A DNA stretch of 64,000 bases, from NCBI GenBank assembly GCA_965223505.1, contig CBDCWP010000041.1, positions 1 to 64,000 on the forward strand, written 5' to 3'. The first letter of the stretch is position 1. Each line of letters starts with the position of its first letter. The notes under the pieces are model-generated. The model did not search any database, was not told where the DNA came from, and saw only the letters and a list, made by a program, of their open reading frames with translations. The position numbers and the translations under genes are program-made. This document shows positions 59,467 to 64,000 of this stretch, one piece after another. Origin of the DNA: Planctomycetota bacterium (GTDB taxonomy: Bacteria > Planctomycetota > PLA2 > JAEUHO01).

Positions 59467-59561
59467 GTCGCGTGAGTCGTTCGCCACGGTTTGGTTTCCT
59501 CCCCATGGACCCGAACGTACGATGCCTGCCCCCGCTTCCATGGGTACTGGAAACCGAGGAT

Positions 59562-61685
59562 ATGCCGACGCGCCGTCACGCGCATCTCTTGCTGCCGTCG
59601 CCGCTCGGGTTGCTCGAGTACGACGTGCTCGAGGACGCGGTCTTCCTCGGCCCCGGCAAGCGCTCCGGACTTCAAGCCAAGCCCGCCCCCTTCAAGCAGG
59701 CTTCGGTCGCGCTGACCAAGAGCGACGGCGGCTACGTCGCGCGCGCGTTGCCCGGCGAGAACGCGCCCGACATCAACGGCTCGCCTGCGGAGGAACGCAA
59801 GCTGAAGGACGGCGACCGCATTCGCATCGGTGATCAGGTCGCGCTGTTTCGAACCGACCGCGGTCCGGTCCGCGTCGCGGCGGAAGCCAAGCCGGCGACC
59901 GTGCACGAGCGCCGGTCGCGTTCCGCGGAACCACGCCGCGGCGGCCGCGAGCGGAAATCGAGCCGACCGGATCGGCGCGTCGCGGCGACCGTCGGCTTGA
60001 TCGCCGCGGCGGTAGTGCTCGGCGCCGTCGTACGCGCCGTCGGCCATCTCAAGGACGTGCAGCACGAAGAGCAGTCGTCGCTGTCCGACCTGCCGTTGGT
60101 TCCGATCGTTCCCTCCGGCGACGAAGACCTCGCCGCGCGCGAGTACAAGCTCCTCGTTGCGTACGAGCAGAACAATCCGAACCGGTTCAAGGCGCTCGTC
60201 GAGCGCTTCCGCGGTTTCGTGAACAAGCATCCGGGCCGGCCGGAGGTCGACGCCGCGCAAGCCAAGCTGCGCGAGATCATGACGACCTGGGCAGAGCGCG
60301 AACGCGGCAAGCTCGAAGAGGAAGTCGACGGCGCCGTCGCCGCGCAGCAGTTCTCGCGGGCGCTGCGGCGCATCCGCGAGTTCGAGAGCCGGTTCGGCGC
60401 AACGCGCGCCGGACAAGGCACGGAGCCGCTTCGCGACCACGTGCGCGAGAGAGCGCGTGAGGCGCTCGACGCCATCAAGAACGACGCCGCACCGCTCATC
60501 GACAAGAACGCCCGGCTCGCGCACAACATCCTCGTGAGCGCGGGCGCGAGCTTCCCGCCGGACATGGCGGCCGAGATCACCGAGCTGCTGCGCCGCGCGC
60601 GCCTGCGCATGCGCGAGGACGCGAAGAGCGGCGACGGCCGGAACCCGCGTGCACTGCCCCCCAAGCGCAGGGACGAGCCACGCAAGAAGCCGCCGGGCGT
60701 TCCGCAGCCGCTGGATCCGGATCCGAGCATGGGGGAAGGCGAGGAACCGAGCGAGCCGAAGGCGCCGAACGAGCGCAAGGAGGAGCAGGCGCGCGAGGCC
60801 TGGCGACTCGCGCGCGCGGACCTGACGGCGAAGCAGTACGAGGACGCGCTTCGCGGCTACACGATCCTGACGCAGCAGTACGCCGACAGCGAGACGTACC
60901 AGAAGAACAAGGACAAGATCGCGATGGGCCGTCTCGCCGCGAAGGCCGGCGTCGAGGGACCCGCCGCGCTCGTTTCGGTCGACGCGACGATGAATCGCGG
61001 GCGCATCGAGCTCGAGTACAACTTCGACAAGATCGAGGTCTACGAGAACGACTTCACCGAGGAACAGCCGTTCTCGAGCGCGCACGCCGTCGACGTCAAG
61101 CTCAAGCGCGGCAAGGTCTCCATGGCCGGCGCGAGCGGCGTCCTCCACCGGCTCGTGTTCTTGCCCGACGTTCGCGTGGAGGCGCTGGTGACCGCCGAGG
61201 TCGCCCACGACTTCGGCCTGCTGGCGGTCGAAGAGTCGGACAAGTACCGCGCGTTGATCTTCTCGATCAACAACACCGAGTTCAAGCTGAAGAAGGGCGA
61301 CAACCGGAAGGCCAATCCGGGCCACGTGCTGTGGTACGTGGGTGAAGGCGTCTGGTCCGCGGCCGACGAAGGCGCGCACGGGTTCATCAAGATCGCGGAG
61401 CGCTCGACGTCGAAGCTGGAAGGCGGCGAGAAGTTCCGTATGGAGCTCGAGCGCCGCAAGAACGACCTGTGCGAGGCGGGCTTCGGCGCGAAGTCCGACG
61501 GCGTTCACCTCAAGGGCAAGGTTCGCGGCGACGACGGCAGCGGCATGAAGTCGGCGCGCGTGGGCGTGTTCACCAACACCGGCATCATCACGCTCCATCA
61601 GCTCAAGATCTCGGGCAAGGTCGACATGGCGTGGTTCGAGAAGGAGCTGGAGTGGCTGGCTTCGGCGGATCCGGGGCCGCAGTAG
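59562..61685 (+). CDS. membrane-anchored protein with degenerate N-terminal FHA-like domain
   Basis: DINGSPAEERKLKDGDRIRIGDQ, single TM segment, helical then beta-rich C-terminal part; GAGG RBS. Confidence 0.7.
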   Translation: MPTRRHAHLLLPSPLGLLEYDVLEDAVFLGPGKRSGLQAKPAPFKQASVALTKSDGGYVARALPGENAPDINGSPAEERKLKDGDRIRIGDQVALFRTDRGPVRVAAEAKPATVHERRSRSAEPRRGGRERKSSRPDRRVAATVGLIAAAVVLGAVVRAVGHLKDVQHEEQSSLSDLPLVPIVPSGDEDLAAREYKLLVAYEQNNPNRFKALVERFRGFVNKHPGRPEVDAAQAKLREIMTTWAERERGKLEEEVDGAVAAQQFSRALRRIREFESRFGATRAGQGTEPLRDHVRERAREALDAIKNDAAPLIDKNARLAHNILVSAGASFPPDMAAEITELLRRARLRMREDAKSGDGRNPRALPPKRRDEPRKKPPGVPQPLDPDPSMGEGEEPSEPKAPNERKEEQAREAWRLARADLTAKQYEDALRGYTILTQQYADSETYQKNKDKIAMGRLAAKAGVEGPAALVSVDATMNRGRIELEYNFDKIEVYENDFTEEQPFSSAHAVDVKLKRGKVSMAGASGVLHRLVFLPDVRVEALVTAEVAHDFGLLAVEESDKYRALIFSINNTEFKLKKGDNRKANPGHVLWYVGEGVWSAADEGAHGFIKIAERSTSKLEGGEKFRMELERRKNDLCEAGFGAKSDGVHLKGKVRGDDGSGMKSARVGVFTNTGIITLHQLKISGKVDMAWFEKELEWLASADPGPQ

Positions 61686-61686
61686 G

Positions 61687-63228
61687 TTGGCGTCGTCCCC
61701 GTCCAGTGCCTCGGCTCCCATTGTCGTCGGCGGGCGTCTGCGCATTCCCCAGGCGCTCGCCGGGTCCCTGTCCGCCCGTCCCCTGCGCCTGACCGCGACG
61801 TCGAAGCGGCGCGTGAGAGCCTCTGCGGACCGCATCGCCGACGCCGTGCGCGACGGGGAGTGGGTGTACGGCGTCACGACGGGATTCGGCAGCAACGCGG
61901 ACACCGGCATCAAGCGCGCCGACGCGCCCGAGCTGCAGCGCAACCTGTTGGTCAGCCACGCCCTCGGGCACGGGCCGCCTCTGCCGGACGAGACGGTGCG
62001 GCTCGCGCTCCTCCTTCGCATTCACGCGCTCGCCCAGGGCTTCTCGGGGATCCGGATCGGCACCTTGCGCGCGATGATGCGCCTCTACGAGCGCGACGTG
62101 CTGGCCGTGGTGCCGAGTCAGGGCAGCGTGGGCGCCAGCGGCGACCTCGCACCGCTCTCATTCCTCGCGCTGCCGCTGATCGGCGAAGGCCGCGTGCACG
62201 TTCACGGCCGCGAGATGAGCGCGGTCGCCGGCTTGAAGAAGGCGGGACTCAAGCCGGTCCGGCTCTCGTTCAAGGAGGGCCTGGCGCTCGTCAACGGCAT
62301 GCAGATCACGCTCGCGCTCTCGCTGCAGGCGCTGGAACATGCCGAGATGGCCGCGCGCGTCGCCGACGTGTGCGCCGCGCTCACGACGGAAGCGTTGGCG
62401 GGCAAGTCGGAGGCGTTGGACGCTCGCATTCACCGGGTGCGCGGTCATCCAGGCCAGAGGCAGAGCGCGAAACGCATTCTTCGCATCGTGCGCGGCAGCA
62501 AGCTGGTCGACGCGCCGCACGGTTCGATCCCGGGCAAGCGCAGGGCGCCGCAAGACGCGTACGGAATTCGCTGCGCGCCGCAGGTGCACGGCGCCGCGAT
62601 CGACGGCATGGCGTTCGCGCGTTCGGTGTTCGAGCGCGAGATCGACGCGGCGACGGACAACCCGCTCATCGTGGACGGCGACATCCTCTCGGGCGGCAAC
62701 TTCCACGGCGAGCCGATTGCGCTCGCGGCCGACCACCTCAAGCTGTGCACGCACGAGCTCGGCAGCATCAGCGAGCGACGCACGGCGACGCTCGTCGACC
62801 AGCACATGAACGAGGGCCTGCCCCCCTACCTGACGCCGCACCGCGGACTGCACTCGGGCTTCATGATCCCGCAGTACGTCGCTGCCGCGCTCGTGTCGGA
62901 GACGAAGACGCTCTGCTTCCCGGCGAGCGCCGACTCGATCCCCACCGGTGCGAACATCGAAGATCACGTGAGCATGGGTCCGATCGCGGCTCGGCGCGCG
63001 CTCGAGATCGCGAGAACCGTGCACGCGGTGCTGGCGATCGAGCTCATCGCGGCCTGCCAGGCGATCGAGCTCCGGGATCGCCGGCCGAGCCGCCGTTCGC
63101 AAGCGGTCATCGACGAGGTGCGAACGGTGGTGCCGCTGCGCATCGACGACGCGCCGTGGAAGAATGCGCTCGAGGGCGTCGAGACGCTCGTGCGCGACGG
63201 CACGATCGCGCAGGCAGCCGGCATCTAG
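61687..63228 (+). CDS. hutH: histidine ammonia-lyase
   Basis: VYGVTTGFG, LQRNLLVSH, GSVGASGDLAPL (MIO), KEGLALVNG, QDAYGIRC, SGGNFHGEP, EDHVSMG. Confidence 0.92.
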   Translation: MASSPSSASAPIVVGGRLRIPQALAGSLSARPLRLTATSKRRVRASADRIADAVRDGEWVYGVTTGFGSNADTGIKRADAPELQRNLLVSHALGHGPPLPDETVRLALLLRIHALAQGFSGIRIGTLRAMMRLYERDVLAVVPSQGSVGASGDLAPLSFLALPLIGEGRVHVHGREMSAVAGLKKAGLKPVRLSFKEGLALVNGMQITLALSLQALEHAEMAARVADVCAALTTEALAGKSEALDARIHRVRGHPGQRQSAKRILRIVRGSKLVDAPHGSIPGKRRAPQDAYGIRCAPQVHGAAIDGMAFARSVFEREIDAATDNPLIVDGDILSGGNFHGEPIALAADHLKLCTHELGSISERRTATLVDQHMNEGLPPYLTPHRGLHSGFMIPQYVAAALVSETKTLCFPASADSIPTGANIEDHVSMGPIAARRALEIARTVHAVLAIELIAACQAIELRDRRPSRRSQAVIDEVRTVVPLRIDDAPWKNALEGVETLVRDGTIAQAAGI

Positions 63229-63343
63229 ACACGGGCGATGGGTGGAAGTGCTCGGCGGCGTCGTCCCGTCTGCCGCTTCCCGCCTCCCGAGCCGGGGATC
63301 GGGAGACTGTCCGGTTCTTCGCTCCGCCGCGTATGCTCCCCTC

Positions 63344-64000
63344 GTGTCCATCATCCAGCCCCGAACGCTGAAAGGCTTCCGCGACCTCACGCCGCAGCAA
63401 GCGCGGCTGCGCGCCGACCTCGTGCGCACGCTCGAGGACGTCTTTCGCGCGCATGGCTACGGCCCGATCGACACGCCCGCGCTCGAGTACGCGGAGATCC
63501 TCAAGGGCAAGGGCGCGGACGTGGACAAGGAGCTCTTCGAGTTCACCGACAAGGGCGGGCGCGAAGTCGCCATGCGCTTCGACCTGACGGTCCCGCTCGC
63601 GCGCTACGTCGCCCAGCACCAGGGCACGCTCGCGTTCCCGTTCCGGCGCTACCACCTCGGTCCCGTCTGGCGCGGGGAACGCCCGCAGCGCGGCCGCTAC
63701 CGCGAGTTCTGGCAGTGCGACGCGGACATCGTCGGCCCCGTGACCGCCGAGGCCGACGCCGAGATCCTGGTGCTCATGCTCAGCGCCTACGAGGCGCTGG
63801 ACGTGGGGACGGTCACGCTGCGCATCAACGACCGGCGCGTGCTCTCCGGGCTGCTCGAGCAGCTGGGCACGTCGACGGGCTCGCTCGAGGTGCTGCGCGC
63901 GATCGACAAGCGCGAGAAGCAGGGCGACGACGCCGTGCGCAAGGAGCTCTCCGCGGCCGGCATGAGCGATGCCGACATCGAGCGCGTCCTCGACGTGTGT
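63344..64000 (+). CDS. hisS: histidine--tRNA ligase (runs off the window end)
   Basis: PRTLKGFRD, IDTPALEY, MRFDLTVPLARY, VWRGERPQRGRYREFWQCDADIVG. Confidence 0.93.
   Translation, partial: MSIIQPRTLKGFRDLTPQQARLRADLVRTLEDVFRAHGYGPIDTPALEYAEILKGKGADVDKELFEFTDKGGREVAMRFDLTVPLARYVAQHQGTLAFPFRRYHLGPVWRGERPQRGRYREFWQCDADIVGPVTAEADAEILVLMLSAYEALDVGTVTLRINDRRVLSGLLEQLGTSTGSLEVLRAIDKREKQGDDAVRKELSAAGMSDADIERVLDVC

Noticed and set aside
54861..62021. Very long alternative-frame or antisense ORFs (e.g. 54861-57590, 59367-62021, the 5' part of 58143-61685) and similar ones elsewhere
   Set aside because: These are Arg/Ala/Gly-rich shadow ORFs typical of high-GC DNA, overlapping well-supported genes.
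1..64000. Genome-wide UGA reassignment (code 4 or 25) as the explanation for the in-frame TGAs
   Set aside because: Many conserved genes end at TGA at the expected position, often overlapping the next start (mutY, dnaG, ECF sigma, HtrA), and Trp is encoded by TGG throughout.

Overview
This is a very GC-rich bacterial chromosomal segment using the standard code 11, most likely Planctomycetota (an inference from gene content: many secreted HEAT-repeat proteins, a DLG-type Ser/Thr kinase, and a dnaG-rpoD-zinc ribbon-rnpB block). Most of it is housekeeping or accessory genes: rimK, zntB, an ECF sigma/anti-sigma pair, UDG, mutY, maeB, glpX, HtrA-like proteases, tRNA-Gln/tRNA-Glu, recQ, kynU/kynB, rnpB, rpoD, dnaG, rsmA, selB, recJ, hutH and a partial hisS. 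The main signal is three ORFs that the ORF caller truncates at an in-frame TGA (695-697 +, 3745-3747 -, 14257-14259 -). Each continues in frame into protein-like sequence, and each is followed by a SECIS-like stem-loop. Because selB is in the same window, these are candidate unannotated selenoproteins (or another UGA-recoding system), and two of them are predicted to be exported. Other observations are a tRNA-Arg(TCT) 3' fragment that looks like an island attachment site at about 1.1 kb, a doubly frameshifted DUF4062-like gene, GTAG-type REP doublets, a nested 228-bp intergenic repeat, a pseudo-protease/active-protease pair and a pseudokinase. All family assignments come from motif recognition by eye; no searches were run.
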